In this document: positions 19,916 through 30,096 of the stretch, piece after piece
Numbering within the stretch: the first letter of the stretch is position 1
How the letters are laid out: each line of letters begins with the position of its first letter
Origin: a candidate division FCPU426 bacterium
GTDB lineage: Bacteria; Oederibacteriota; Muellerivitia; Muellerivitales; Muellerivitaceae
Assembly: GCA_963796105.1 (NCBI GenBank)
Contig: CAWCKJ010000012.1
Location: forward strand, 256,001-320,000
DNA length: 64,000 nt
Direction: 5' to 3'
Made by a program: the position numbers and the translations under genes
The notes under the pieces: model-generated
The model's database searches: none
What the model was told of the DNA's origin: nothing
The model's input: the letters and a program-made list of their open reading frames with translations, nothing else

Positions 19916-20410
19916 TCACCGGCTCCTGGAAAAGTCATATTTTTGCTTCAATTGCCACACGATGGTATCCACATCCTGCGAAATTTCCACAACAATTGCG
20001 TCTGTTGGCTCTTCCAATTCCTCAAACTGGCTTTCTAACAATTCCGGGTTGAAATAATGCCCTTTTCGGTTCTTGAGGCGTTCACAGATAAGGGTGAAAG
20101 TGCCCTTTAAAAACACGAAATGGATTTTCCCGTTCCTGGATAATCGCGTCCGGTACTTTTTTCGCAAAGCGGAGCAAGCCAGGACAAGGTTTTTTCCATC
20201 AGCTTCCCAATCCCGGATCAAGTCGGATAGAACCTTAAGCCAGGGCTTACGATCGATGTCGGTTAAGGCTTGGCCTCGTTTCATTTTTTCCCTGTTTGCC
20301 ACTGTGTGAAAATCATCCGCGTCAAAAAAGGGGCAGGAAAGAATCCGGGCAAGCTCTTTTCCCACTGTTGTCTTACCGCATCCAGCGACTCCCATCAAAA
20401 GAATCACCAT
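19916..20410 (-). CDS. gntK: Gluconokinase (GntK/IdnK type)
   Basis: MGVAGCGKTT, DADDFH, LTD.DR.PWL, ACSALRKKYR, LLESQFEELEEP. Confidence 0.93.
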   Translation of the reverse strand: MVILLMGVAGCGKTTVGKELARILSCPFFDADDFHTVANREKMKRGQALTDIDRKPWLKVLSDLIRDWEADGKNLVLACSALRKKYRTRLSRNGKIHFVFLKGTFTLICERLKNRKGHYFNPELLESQFEELEEPTDAIVVEISQDVDTIVWQLKQKYDFSRSR

Positions 20411-20419
20411 ATCGGCTCC

Positions 20420-21178
20420 TCATGCCCCGATCATCTTCAGAAAAAACTCGACGGTCATCAATTTTTTACCCACTGTATATTCCAAATATTCTAAAAGGCT
20501 CAAGAGCATACTCCGAAAGTTGGCGGACGCACTATGGATGACATGAGCCCGTTCCAGGGGAAGGCTTCGAAGGCGCTTCAGAATTTCCAATTCCCTTGGG
20601 CCGACCCGCAAGGGCCCTGGCCCGGAGGGGCAGCAATTTCCGCAAAGAGCTCCACCCCTGTGTGAAATCAAAAATGTGTTTTTTTTCAAAAGAGATTCCC
20701 CGCATTCAGCGCAGCGGTCCAGCTCCAGGGGAAATCCCGACAATTCGATAAATTGAAGACAAAATGCCGTGAGGATTTGCTCACTCGATCCTGGATATTT
20801 CCGGAAGGCGGTCAAGGTCTCCTTCAAAAGTTTATACAACTCTCTGTTTGGTTCCTGATCCGGGAGCGCTTGAATCAGGATGTCAGCCAATACCTGGAGC
20901 AGGGCGAGCGTCGCTAGTCCCGTTTTCAATTCATGGTGGTCATCCAAAACTTTGGCCTGGGAAATCACGAACAAATCCCCGCCCTGACGGCGAATCAAAA
21001 TAAAATTGGCTTCGGTAAAAGGCTCCAAAGCCGCGGCCAGACGACTGCGGGGTTTACGGGCCCCCTTGGCGAAAGCCCGGATTTTACCGGCCTGGAGGGA
21101 ATAGATCTGGACGATTTTGTCCGACTCGGAATGGGGAAAAGCGCTCAAAACCAACCCGCGCACCGGAAGGAAGGCCAA
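20420..21178 (-). CDS. recO: DNA repair protein RecO
   Basis: ESDKIV, GKIRAFAKGARK, LEPF, C-x2-C...C-x2-C zinc finger. Confidence 0.93.
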   Translation of the reverse strand: MAFLPVRGLVLSAFPHSESDKIVQIYSLQAGKIRAFAKGARKPRSRLAAALEPFTEANFILIRRQGGDLFVISQAKVLDDHHELKTGLATLALLQVLADILIQALPDQEPNRELYKLLKETLTAFRKYPGSSEQILTAFCLQFIELSGFPLELDRCAECGESLLKKNTFLISHRGGALCGNCCPSGPGPLRVGPRELEILKRLRSLPLERAHVIHSASANFRSMLLSLLEYLEYTVGKKLMTVEFFLKMIGA

Positions 21179-21181
21179 GTT

Positions 21182-22087
21182 TTAACTTTCCCCTTCATGA
21201 GCGAACTCGATGGAAAGCGCCGGGAAATAAACCCACACCATTGTGGCCATCGTAAGATTGATCAAAAGTTCCAACAAGAGGAATAAAAATCCGATAAAGG
21301 GGGTATGCCGCAGCAAGTTAAAGACCGTTTGGTAAGCGATGGAGAAGATCAGATAAGCCAATAAAATCAAAAGGATACTCCAAACCACTCGCCCATAGTG
21401 CTCCAGGCATTTATGAATGCTTGATTTAAGGCCCCTGAAAACCCCGCCATCTTTTACGAGATAAGCAGCGGACATTAAAAAATAAACATGGAAACCCAAG
21501 GCCATGAAAACTCCTGCCGCGAGGAAAGGCAATATCAACAAAAACCCCATAACCACAAGGCCGATCCCCTTGAGGAAAACCCCGATCACTACGGTGATTA
21601 GGATTAAGATAGCCCCGAAAATCAAGCCGCTGAAAATAAACAAGAACCCCAGGCCAAGCATGGATGGAAAGAAGAACAATCCTCCCTTTAGGAAATTCAC
21701 CAGGGAAAATGTCGAACCCTTTTGCCTGTATTCCTCGATTTGCTTGAAAAGGGCCCCAGTAAAGAAGACCTCAAACAAAAACCACCAAACGAGATAAATC
21801 AATAAAAGCACCAGGGCGGTCCAGATAAAATCCGGCTTCTGGAGAAATGGACGAAAATCGAAATTCTTGAAGACTTGCTGGTAATCATCCGGATCCGTGT
21901 CCTTAAAAAAGTTGAATAACTGTCCCAATAAGGGTCCAAGGGCGAGGGCCAGGCAAAAAATCATGGACATAAAATTCAGGACGATAAAAACGAACCGGAC
22001 CAGAAACAACGGCCAAAGCGCGATGCCAGTCTTCCAGCCCCTTCCATAAACTTCTGAAATCGGGGGGAGGAATAATTCGTCTTTCAT
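21182..22087 (-). CDS. Hypothetical multipass membrane protein
   Basis: 301 aa, about 6 hydrophobic segments, operon-coupled. Confidence 0.8.
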   Translation of the reverse strand: MKDELFLPPISEVYGRGWKTGIALWPLFLVRFVFIVLNFMSMIFCLALALGPLLGQLFNFFKDTDPDDYQQVFKNFDFRPFLQKPDFIWTALVLLLIYLVWWFLFEVFFTGALFKQIEEYRQKGSTFSLVNFLKGGLFFFPSMLGLGFLFIFSGLIFGAILILITVVIGVFLKGIGLVVMGFLLILPFLAAGVFMALGFHVYFLMSAAYLVKDGGVFRGLKSSIHKCLEHYGRVVWSILLILLAYLIFSIAYQTVFNLLRHTPFIGFLFLLLELLINLTMATMVWVYFPALSIEFAHEGES

Positions 22088-22099
22088 AGAAGCCTTTTT

Positions 22100-22600
22100 T
22101 TAGCGGTAATTGTTGAATTGAAGAGGAATCTTGATGTCTTGGGCGGCCTTGAGCAATTGAATGGCGTTCTGCAGGTCGTCCTTGGCTTTGCTGGAAACCC
22201 GCACTTTCTCCTCGGTGATTTGAACCTGCACCTTGAGCTTCGAATCCTTGATCAGCCTGACGATTTCCTTGCAGGTTTCCATGGGGATTCCGCTGACGAT
22301 CTTGACCTTCTGGTTGACGGTACCGCTGAAAGCCGATTCCATTTTTTGGAAATCCAGCGCCCTGGGCGAAATATTCCTTTTAACGAATTTCCCCTTCAGC
22401 ACATCCACGACGGCTTTGAGCCGGGATTCATCGTCGGAAACGATCTCCAATTCCTTGACGGTCTTGTTCAAGGTGATCTTGCTGATGCTTCCCTTGAAAT
22501 CATACCTCTGAGAAATCTCCTTCATCGACTGGTTGACCGCGTTGTCAACTTCCTGGAGATCCACTTCGGAAACAACATCGAAGGAAAAAGTATCGGCCAT
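22100..22600 (-). CDS. yajQ: YajQ-family nucleotide/c-di-GMP-binding protein
   Basis: SFDVVSEVDLQEVDNAVNQ..KE...RYDFKG, KLKVQ.QI, QFNNYR. Confidence 0.95.
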   Translation of the reverse strand: MADTFSFDVVSEVDLQEVDNAVNQSMKEISQRYDFKGSISKITLNKTVKELEIVSDDESRLKAVVDVLKGKFVKRNISPRALDFQKMESAFSGTVNQKVKIVSGIPMETCKEIVRLIKDSKLKVQVQITEEKVRVSSKAKDDLQNAIQLLKAAQDIKIPLQFNNYR

Positions 22601-22719
22601 TGAAAACCTCGATCTCCCTTGTAACAAATTCCCCGCGTTGTTGGCCCTCTTTTAGGGATATATTGGGGGGCTCACAAGGGCTTTTAAAATTACAACTTCA
22701 AAATAATTAACTATTATTA

Positions 22720-23610
22720 TCAGGTCCCGCTTCCATCAGCCTCGGTCCCTGAAACTCCTTGGGAACTGGGCGGCAGTGTAAGCTCAAGAACTTGTCCCGT
22801 CGCTCCTAGGACGCCAAGTGGTTTTCCATTGAACTGGACATCCACTCCCCCAGCGTTGCCTAGTTTCAAGGTAAAGCTTTTCAAGGCCTTGTAGGTCTTG
22901 ATCTCACCGGGGGCTAATTCAACGTCAGAACCCGCCTGGTTCCCGTCCATCTTGACGCGGAACCAGCATTTCTCAAGGCCCTTCAGCACCAAGTGCTGGT
23001 ACTTATCCTCCACTTGTCCCGCGGCATAGGGGTCTTGGTAAACAATCCCCCCCTTCGCCTCTTTCGAGTGCATTTTCGAGAGGAAGTCATTTCCATATTT
23101 CCAGCCCAGAAAACCCAGGAGCAGGACGATCAGGATCAAGCCAACCCGGTTAATCCAGGGGGTCCAATCGGACTTACGCAGGGCGCTCAACCTTTGCCGG
23201 ACAATCGCCGGCTGCCTGGGCATGGTGCTCTCAGTTCGCTCCTCCTCCACGAACTCCAGGTTTAATTCACTGGAATGGTCTGAAAGCCGGTAAACGGGCT
23301 GGCGATGAAGGGTGGACTTCCACCCGAAAGCCTTTTCCAGCTCCACTTCCGCGTTCATGGGCTGGATCCTCATTTCCTCTGGGGTGAATTCAGCGTTAAA
23401 CCGCCTGGTTAAATGCATCGGATCCAGGCCCACGATCTTGGCATAGGCGCGGATGAAACCCTTCGCGTAAACCTGGGATGGAAAAACCTCAAAACGGTCC
23501 TCCTCGATGGACTCCAGGTATTTGACGGGAATCCTGGTTTTTTGGGATATTTCCTCCAGGGAAATTTTTTTCGAGATTCTGGCTTCCTTCAAATCCGTGC
23601 CGAGGCTCAT
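22720..23610 (-). CDS. rodZ: RodZ-like protein (XRE HTH, TM helix, DUF4115)
   Basis: LEEISQKTRI...YAKGFIRAYA, one TM helix, LGNAGGV...NGK. Confidence 0.88.
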   Translation of the reverse strand: MSLGTDLKEARISKKISLEEISQKTRIPVKYLESIEEDRFEVFPSQVYAKGFIRAYAKIVGLDPMHLTRRFNAEFTPEEMRIQPMNAEVELEKAFGWKSTLHRQPVYRLSDHSSELNLEFVEEERTESTMPRQPAIVRQRLSALRKSDWTPWINRVGLILIVLLLGFLGWKYGNDFLSKMHSKEAKGGIVYQDPYAAGQVEDKYQHLVLKGLEKCWFRVKMDGNQAGSDVELAPGEIKTYKALKSFTLKLGNAGGVDVQFNGKPLGVLGATGQVLELTLPPSSQGVSGTEADGSGT

Positions 23611-24329
23611 TAGAATATCTCTCCTTCCACCACCTGCGTCCCCGCCGGCGGCTCAAATTGGAATAATTGGTCCGAAAGTCCTTTGTTGAATTGGAAGTTA
23701 TTGAAACGCGCCTTGGTCTCCATGGAGGGATTGACCATCTCCATCTGGCTGGGCCACCAGTCCTTTTTTCGGATATAAACTTTCATGCTGTCGAAACCCG
23801 CGTCCGTGGAAAGGGGGTGGAATAAAAGCCCCACCTCGTTCCCATCGTTCTTGAAAATGGTGACCCGGCTGATATCGATGTACTTTTTTAACTCTTTTCC
23901 GACACCCAGGTAAACGGGGGCAGAATGCCCTTTTTTCTTCTGGCGCTGTTCATAAACCATCTTCTGGTCGGGCTGGTACATTTGGAGAAGATCCCCTTGG
24001 GCGTACAGGAACTGCTCAGTGGGCTTGGTATAGTGGACGAAAATCTTATCGGGCGTCTTGATCTTGATCGCCCCCTTGGAGGATTGTTTCTGGTTGGAAA
24101 GGGAGTCCTTCATTTCCATGCTCAAGTCCATCTGCACATCCTTGACGGAAGTCTGGGCCTCCTCGACTTTCTTGGAAACTTCCTCTACCGTCAGTTCTTT
24201 CTTTGCCGCAGCGTCCGCCCAAAGCCTCGCGCCGGGAAATAGGGTTGAACAGGCTGTCAAACCCAGGATGAGGAACAGGCATTTCAAGGATAATGAAACC
24301 TGAAAATATTTTTCAATCCAACTTATCAT
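23610..24329 (-). CDS. lolA: LolA-family outer-membrane lipoprotein carrier protein
   Basis: KTPDKIFVHYTKP, YQPDQK.V, C-terminal FQFEPPAG. Conserved ftsK-lolA order. GGAGGAGA RBS before 24329. Confidence 0.8.
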   Translation of the reverse strand: MISWIEKYFQVSLSLKCLFLILGLTACSTLFPGARLWADAAAKKELTVEEVSKKVEEAQTSVKDVQMDLSMEMKDSLSNQKQSSKGAIKIKTPDKIFVHYTKPTEQFLYAQGDLLQMYQPDQKMVYEQRQKKKGHSAPVYLGVGKELKKYIDISRVTIFKNDGNEVGLLFHPLSTDAGFDSMKVYIRKKDWWPSQMEMVNPSMETKARFNNFQFNKGLSDQLFQFEPPAGTQVVEGEIF

Positions 24330-26775
24330 CCAGAGTCTCCTCCGCGAACTCACCATCCGAATCGCTGGCACCGGGGGCGAGAATCTTTCTGGGTTTATTT
24401 CCGTCGGCTGGCCCCACCAAGCCCCGGACCTCCATGTCATCCAAAAGCCGCGCCGCGCGGCTATAGCCTACCTTGAGACGCCGCTGTAGCAGCGAGGTGG
24501 ATGCCTGTTTTGCCTTGATGACTATTTCCAAGGCCTCGTCGAACAGCTCATCATCGCTTTCCTCGGTGACCACGTCCCCCCTGGACTTGGAGGCCTCTAA
24601 GTCGGCCAAATAAACGGGCCCTCCCTGGGATTTCCAGTAGTCCGTCAGGCGCTCGATTTCCTCCAACGTAACATAGGCCCCTTGAAGCCGCAAGGGCTTG
24701 GGGGACCCCGAAGCCAAATACAGCATATCGCCCCTGCCTAAAAGAGCCTCGGCGCCGTTCATATCCAATATCGTACGTGAATCAACTTTGGAAAAGACTT
24801 GGAACGCGATTCGCGTCGGAAAATTCGCCTTGATGATGCCGGTAATGACCTCAACGGAGGGCCTTTGGGTGGCCAAGACCAAATGGATCCCCACCGCCCG
24901 CGCCATTTGGGCCAGCCTCGTGATGGAATCCTCCACCTGATCCTTGGCGGCCATGATGAGGTCAGCCAGCTCATCCACCAAAACGACGATGTAATACATG
25001 GGATAAGCGTCAGTCTCCCCTGACTCCCTCTTCACCAATATTTTCGCGTTAAAGGTGTCAATATCCCTGGCCCCCAGGTGAGCCAGGATCTGGTAGCGCG
25101 TCTCCATCTCCTGGACCAGCCACTTCAGGGCCGAGTTGGCCTGTTTGGAATCGTTCACAACCGGGAGGGCCAAGTGGGGCAGATCCTTGTAGATAGCCAT
25201 TTCCACTCTCTTGGGATCGACCATCACCAGCCTTAATTCCTCGGGAGTGTACCTGAAAAGAAGGCTGGCGATGATGGTGTTCACGCAAACGCTTTTTCCG
25301 GATCCGGTGGAACCGGCGATCAGGACATGGGGCATCTCTTTGATGGAGGCGTTGCAGGAGGCCCCGGCGATATCCTTGCCTAGGGCGACCAGCAGTTTCT
25401 TGGAGGAAGCCGCGAACTCCTCCTGCGCGATGAGTTCCTTCAAGGTGACGATGCGTCCCTTGCTGTTGGGAACCTCCACGCCGACCGCCGCCTTTCCAGG
25501 GATGGGAGCCACGATACGCAAGTGGCCGCATTGAAGGGCTAGGGCCAGGTCATCAGCCAGGGAAGAGATACTGGTGATCTTGACTCCCGCCGCCGGCTGG
25601 ACCTCGTACTGTGTGACCGTAGGTCCCGGATTCACGCCCACCACCTTGGCTTCCACCCCGAAATTTTTGAGGGTCTCCACGATGGTATGGCTGACCGCCT
25701 CGAAATCGTCCACGACCCGTTCCTTGGTCTCTTCGGCGGTTTTTAGGATGTGGACTTCCGGAAGTTTCCATTGGCGGATGACCCGAACCGGCTTGGAGGG
25801 CTCCGGCTCTTGGTCACTCGAATCATCTTCCTCATCCGCCATTTCAATGCTGGCCGCTTCCATTTTTTGCCGGAGCGTCATGGGATCCTGGCTCTTAGCT
25901 TCGGCCATGGCGGCTGACACCAAATCCTCTTCGTCTCCAGTTGTTACAACTGGTTCAGTCGCTGTTTCGGCCTCCCCGGTGAAAAGAGACCGACCTTTGG
26001 GTTCCGGGATAGATTTGACAACTGTTGATGTCTTTGCGTTTTTAGTTAATGAAGGAACAACAACGGCCTTCGGAGGTTGTGGCGCGATCCCCTTTCCAGG
26101 CTTTTCCTGGGTTAGTGTTCCCCCCTCCAATTTTCGATGGGCTTCCTCGGCTACTTTTCTTGACTCCCGATGGGATTTCCATTCCGCCAAAGATTCCCGA
26201 AGTCTTTCTTGCAAGAGTGTCAGGGTTTTGAACCCATTTTCGCTTAAAAAGGAGAAACCTCTTCCGAATCCATCTAACACACCCCTGGCGACATTGATCA
26301 GGTGGCCTTCCTTCTCAAGAAACCACGCGGAAAGCACCAACACCAGGAAACAAACAATAAAGGTCCCAAACCTGGTTAAGGCCGCTTCCATCCAATCCCC
26401 GGTCAAAGCCCCCAATTTCCCGCCCCATTCCATGCCCTCCCTCATCTGGGAAGATGAAAACATCTGGACATTGGGAAATAGGTCGTGCAAAGCGGTGCAA
26501 ATGGAAAGAAGTCCTAGAACCAAACCGAGGATTTTCAACCCCGGTTTTTTAAGAGGATTGTCTTGAAAGCGGGAATAGGCGAAGAGAAAAAGCGCCGCTG
26601 GAAAAACCCAGGCGCAAAGACCGAAGCTCAGATAGAGGAAATAAGAGGTGTAAGCCCCGGCATTGCCCAGAAGATTGGGTTTTACACCGGTCGGGACCAA
26701 GGCTAAGGCGATTAAAAGCCCAAAACTTCCCGAAAGAAAAACCACCAGGAAATGGTGACGGCTATCTTTGGCCAT
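24313..26775 (-). CDS. ftsK: DNA translocase FtsK
   Basis: N-terminal TMs, PHVLIAGSTGSGKS, VDELADL, LATQRPS, gamma domain ASTSLLQRRLKVGYSRAARL. Confidence 0.97.
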   Translation of the reverse strand: MAKDSRHHFLVVFLSGSFGLLIALALVPTGVKPNLLGNAGAYTSYFLYLSFGLCAWVFPAALFLFAYSRFQDNPLKKPGLKILGLVLGLLSICTALHDLFPNVQMFSSSQMREGMEWGGKLGALTGDWMEAALTRFGTFIVCFLVLVLSAWFLEKEGHLINVARGVLDGFGRGFSFLSENGFKTLTLLQERLRESLAEWKSHRESRKVAEEAHRKLEGGTLTQEKPGKGIAPQPPKAVVVPSLTKNAKTSTVVKSIPEPKGRSLFTGEAETATEPVVTTGDEEDLVSAAMAEAKSQDPMTLRQKMEAASIEMADEEDDSSDQEPEPSKPVRVIRQWKLPEVHILKTAEETKERVVDDFEAVSHTIVETLKNFGVEAKVVGVNPGPTVTQYEVQPAAGVKITSISSLADDLALALQCGHLRIVAPIPGKAAVGVEVPNSKGRIVTLKELIAQEEFAASSKKLLVALGKDIAGASCNASIKEMPHVLIAGSTGSGKSVCVNTIIASLLFRYTPEELRLVMVDPKRVEMAIYKDLPHLALPVVNDSKQANSALKWLVQEMETRYQILAHLGARDIDTFNAKILVKRESGETDAYPMYYIVVLVDELADLIMAAKDQVEDSITRLAQMARAVGIHLVLATQRPSVEVITGIIKANFPTRIAFQVFSKVDSRTILDMNGAEALLGRGDMLYLASGSPKPLRLQGAYVTLEEIERLTDYWKSQGGPVYLADLEASKSRGDVVTEESDDELFDEALEIVIKAKQASTSLLQRRLKVGYSRAARLLDDMEVRGLVGPADGNKPRKILAPGASDSDGEFAEETLDDKLD

Positions 26776-26987
26776 CAAATCCTCGAAATGGGGCTGGAAA
26801 GCCCCGGGATAAAGTTTTTAATGGAGTAGGCGGGAAATAATTCATTCTGGAGGCTAAGTATAGCCGATTGACGGGAAAAATAAAAAATAAATGTCCTTCC
26901 GCTGGTACACCTGCTCCAGCCCCTTCCCGGTTGAATCAGAAGGAGAAAGCAAGGAATGAATTTTCATGATTAAATGCCGCTTCCCTC

Positions 26988-27001
26988 TGGAAACGATTTC
27001 A
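26988..27001 (+). promoter_or_regulatory. LacI-family-like operator upstream of the AEC transporter/glucuronidase unit
   Basis: TGGAAACGATTTCA pseudo-palindrome. Confidence 0.4.
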
Positions 27002-27096
27002 CCCCCTGAAAGTTCTCACCCTCTAATTCAGGTGTAAGTCAATTGGGCTTGCGGTTAAAATAAAATTCGCTCCGAATCCCTCTCCAAGGCGGACTC

Positions 27097-28008
27097 GTGT
27101 TTCTTCAGATCGCAATGAACGTCATCCTTCCCATATTCCTCGTGATGGGACTGGGCTATCTTCTCTCGAAATCCTTCACCTTGGACCTGGGAACCCTTTC
27201 CAAGCTGAACTTCTATGTGTTCATTCCCGTCTTCATGTTCTACAGCCTGCTGGTCTTTAAGCCGGGCGGCCGGGAAATGGCCATGACGATCCTGTTTAAT
27301 TTTCTCCTGGCGGCGCTGGCTTTCCTGGTCATGGCGGGCCTTACCCGCATCCTGGGATTCGAGCCCAAAATGGCGGCTTCCTCCATCCTGGCCGTCATGG
27401 TCTTCAACTCGGCGAACTACGGCATTCCGGTGGTTCAACTGGCGTTCCAAGGGGAAGGAGTGGCCATCCAGGTCATCACCATCACCGCCATGAACATTCT
27501 CACCTATACCTTCGGCGTCCTGATCGCCGGCGGTTGGGGCCAATGGCGCAAGGGCTTGCGCACCATCCTCACTCTTCCCGTCCTCTACGCTCTCGTAGCG
27601 GCGCTGGTTTTGAGGGCTTTGGATCTACGGTTGCCCGATCCTGTGATGTCTTCCCTCAAATGGACTTCCGAGGGGATGCTTTCCATCGCCTTGATCACCC
27701 TGGGGGCCCAATTGGGACGGGAAGGAATATCCTTGCGGCATCCCAGGGAATTATGGGTCACGATAGCTTCCCGTCTGATTTTGGGCCCGTTTTTGGCGCT
27801 TCTCCTGCTTCACCTGCTGGGAATCCAGGGCCTTTTGGCCAAGGTTCTTTTCGTTTCAAGCGCCTTCCCCACCGCTGTCATCACCGTCATGTTCGGCATC
27901 GAGTATGATAAGGAGCCTGTTTTCGCCGCGGACGTTGCGTTCATGACAACCCTTCTTTCGGCGGTCACGGTAACAGCCGCCATCAGTCTTTCTTCGGTCT
28001 TGTTTTAA
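27097..28008 (+). CDS. AEC (auxin efflux carrier) family transporter
   Basis: About 10 TMs, NSANYGIPV, ALITLGAQL, PTAV. Confidence 0.88.
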   Translation: MFLQIAMNVILPIFLVMGLGYLLSKSFTLDLGTLSKLNFYVFIPVFMFYSLLVFKPGGREMAMTILFNFLLAALAFLVMAGLTRILGFEPKMAASSILAVMVFNSANYGIPVVQLAFQGEGVAIQVITITAMNILTYTFGVLIAGGWGQWRKGLRTILTLPVLYALVAALVLRALDLRLPDPVMSSLKWTSEGMLSIALITLGAQLGREGISLRHPRELWVTIASRLILGPFLALLLLHLLGIQGLLAKVLFVSSAFPTAVITVMFGIEYDKEPVFAADVAFMTTLLSAVTVTAAISLSSVLF

Positions 28009-28023
28009 AGTAAAGGAATTCGG

Positions 28024-28164
28024 ATGAGGCAACAGGCCAAAAAGATTCGAAAAACACGAAAGTCCTCCACGCAGGAGAAGGATTTATGGAAAAACCCATC
28101 CTATAAAAACATGCTGAATCCCTATGAGAGCAAGTATCCGCAGCAAAAGAAAAAAAGCAGATAG
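28024..28164 (+). CDS. Possible 46-aa basic small protein
   Basis: AAAGGA RBS then ATG; MRQQAKKIRKTRKSSTQEKDLWKNPSYKNMLNPYESKYPQQKKKSR fills the gap between two co-oriented genes. Confidence 0.4.
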   Translation: MRQQAKKIRKTRKSSTQEKDLWKNPSYKNMLNPYESKYPQQKKKSR

Positions 28165-28201
28165 CCGGTCTTCCGGCAAAACCCCGCTATTGAGGTGTTT
28201 T

Positions 28202-29938
28202 ATGCTCTATCCGCAATCCAACCGCTACCGGCAAGTCAAGGACATTTCCGGTTTCTGGGATTTCAAGCTGGACCCTTCGGATCATGGAATTAAAAATGGA
28301 TGGACGAAGGGTTTTACGGGAGGAAGATGGATCGGAGTGCCGGCCAGTTGGAACGATCAATTCGAGGATACAAGGGACTACCTTGGGACGGCCTGGTATC
28401 AAACCCGTTTTGACCGCCCACACGGCTCGGAAAATCAAAGGGTTTTCTTGAGGTTCAATTCCATCAACTACCTGGCGGAGGTTTGGCTGAATGGAAGAAA
28501 GCTGGGTTCCCATGAGGGCGGGCATCTTCCATTTACCTTTGAGATAACCCGAGAATTGAAAACCGAAAAAAACCTATTGGTCATCCGGGTGGACGGAGAG
28601 TTAGCACCGGACCGGGTCCCTCCCGGAAATGTTCCCTTCGACCCCAAGGACTCCTTCGGCAACGCGTTCAATCCTCCTGCCTCTTTCGACTTCTTTCCCT
28701 ACTGCGGTATTCAAAGATCCGTGCTTTTATACACTACCCCGGAAAAATTCATAAATGACCTGACCATTACAACCGAAATCTCAGGATCGACTGGGCACGT
28801 GAATATCCAATTAGACGCCGAGTCACAAGCACCCATGAAAACCAAGGTCACCTTGGAAGGATTCGGACAGGAAATTTCCTCCGAAGGACCGATGGTGAAG
28901 GGCGCCTCCCAAATCCGAATAACCGTACCCAAGGCCAAGTTTTGGTCCCCAGCCGAGCCTCACCTTTACAATTTGAAGGTGGAACTGTTAGCAGGAAATA
29001 ACGAGGTGGACGGCTATTTCCTTCCGGTTGGAATCAGGACTATCCATGTCAAAAATGGAATACTTTTATTGAATGGCAAAACTATTTTCTTGAAGGGCTT
29101 CGGCCGGCATGAGGATTTTCCGGTAGTGGGACGATATGTTCCCCGGGCGGTCATCGTGAAGGATTTCGATATGATGCGCTGGACCGGCGCTAATTCCTTC
29201 CGCACAACCCATTATCCCTATGATGAGTCCAACCTCAGCCTGGCGGACAAGCTGGGCTTTCTGGTCATCGACGAAACGCCCGCTGTCGGCCTCTTCTTCA
29301 ATCCCAAGGGCCTTAAAAAACGCCTGAGCCTTTGCCGCCAGTACACCCGGGAATTGATCGATCGGGATAAAAACCATCCGAGCGTCATTCTTTGGAGCCT
29401 GGCCAACGAACCCCATTCCAAAAAACCGGCGGCTTTGGGCTTTTTCAAAAGCCTGGCCTCCCTGGCCCGCGAATTGGATCCTTCCCGCCCCTTGACCTTG
29501 GCAAGTTACCTCGGCCAGGAAGAGAAAGCCTTCCAGTTCTTGGACGTGGTCTGCGTGAACCGTTATTACGGCTGGTACACCGAACCGGGGGATTTGGAAA
29601 AAGGCTGCCGGCGCCTCTCAAAAGACCTGGACGATATTTACAAGCGGTTCAAGAAGCCTGTCCTCATGACGGAGTTCGGGGCTGATGCCCTGCCGGGCCA
29701 TCACGCGGAACCTCCCGAGATGTTCTCGGAGGAATACCAAGCCGAAATGATTCACCGCTATTTAAAGGTTTTAAACAGTAAGCCTTATGTAACAGGGGCT
29801 CATGTCTGGAACCTTTGCGATTTTAAGACCGCCCAGGGAACCCACCGGCCAGGCGCGACTAATTGGAAAGGCGTCTTTACCCGCGACCGAAAGCCAAAAA
29901 TGGCGGCCCATCTGTTGAGAAAACTCTGGTCAAAATAA
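28202..29938 (+). CDS. uidA: Beta-glucuronidase (GH2)
   Basis: FDFFPYCGIQR, GFGRHED, NSFRTTHYPY, WSLANEP (acid/base), NRYYGWY, MTEFGAD (nucleophile), N-x-K motif NWKG. GAGGTG RBS before 28202. Confidence 0.92.
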   Translation: MLYPQSNRYRQVKDISGFWDFKLDPSDHGIKNGWTKGFTGGRWIGVPASWNDQFEDTRDYLGTAWYQTRFDRPHGSENQRVFLRFNSINYLAEVWLNGRKLGSHEGGHLPFTFEITRELKTEKNLLVIRVDGELAPDRVPPGNVPFDPKDSFGNAFNPPASFDFFPYCGIQRSVLLYTTPEKFINDLTITTEISGSTGHVNIQLDAESQAPMKTKVTLEGFGQEISSEGPMVKGASQIRITVPKAKFWSPAEPHLYNLKVELLAGNNEVDGYFLPVGIRTIHVKNGILLLNGKTIFLKGFGRHEDFPVVGRYVPRAVIVKDFDMMRWTGANSFRTTHYPYDESNLSLADKLGFLVIDETPAVGLFFNPKGLKKRLSLCRQYTRELIDRDKNHPSVILWSLANEPHSKKPAALGFFKSLASLARELDPSRPLTLASYLGQEEKAFQFLDVVCVNRYYGWYTEPGDLEKGCRRLSKDLDDIYKRFKKPVLMTEFGADALPGHHAEPPEMFSEEYQAEMIHRYLKVLNSKPYVTGAHVWNLCDFKTAQGTHRPGATNWKGVFTRDRKPKMAAHLLRKLWSK

Positions 29939-30096
29939 TAAACAAGCAATCTCTGAAAAAATCGGTTCTCGTCACCTTCTTCAGAAAAACATTTTTGAGA
30001 ACCCCGCATTTTATTGTGGAAATCTGAGAGGTCGGTACCTAGGTGGGCCGCTTATAAATAGTTTTACAGAGGTTTCGGGTTTTTAGAAAAATTTCC

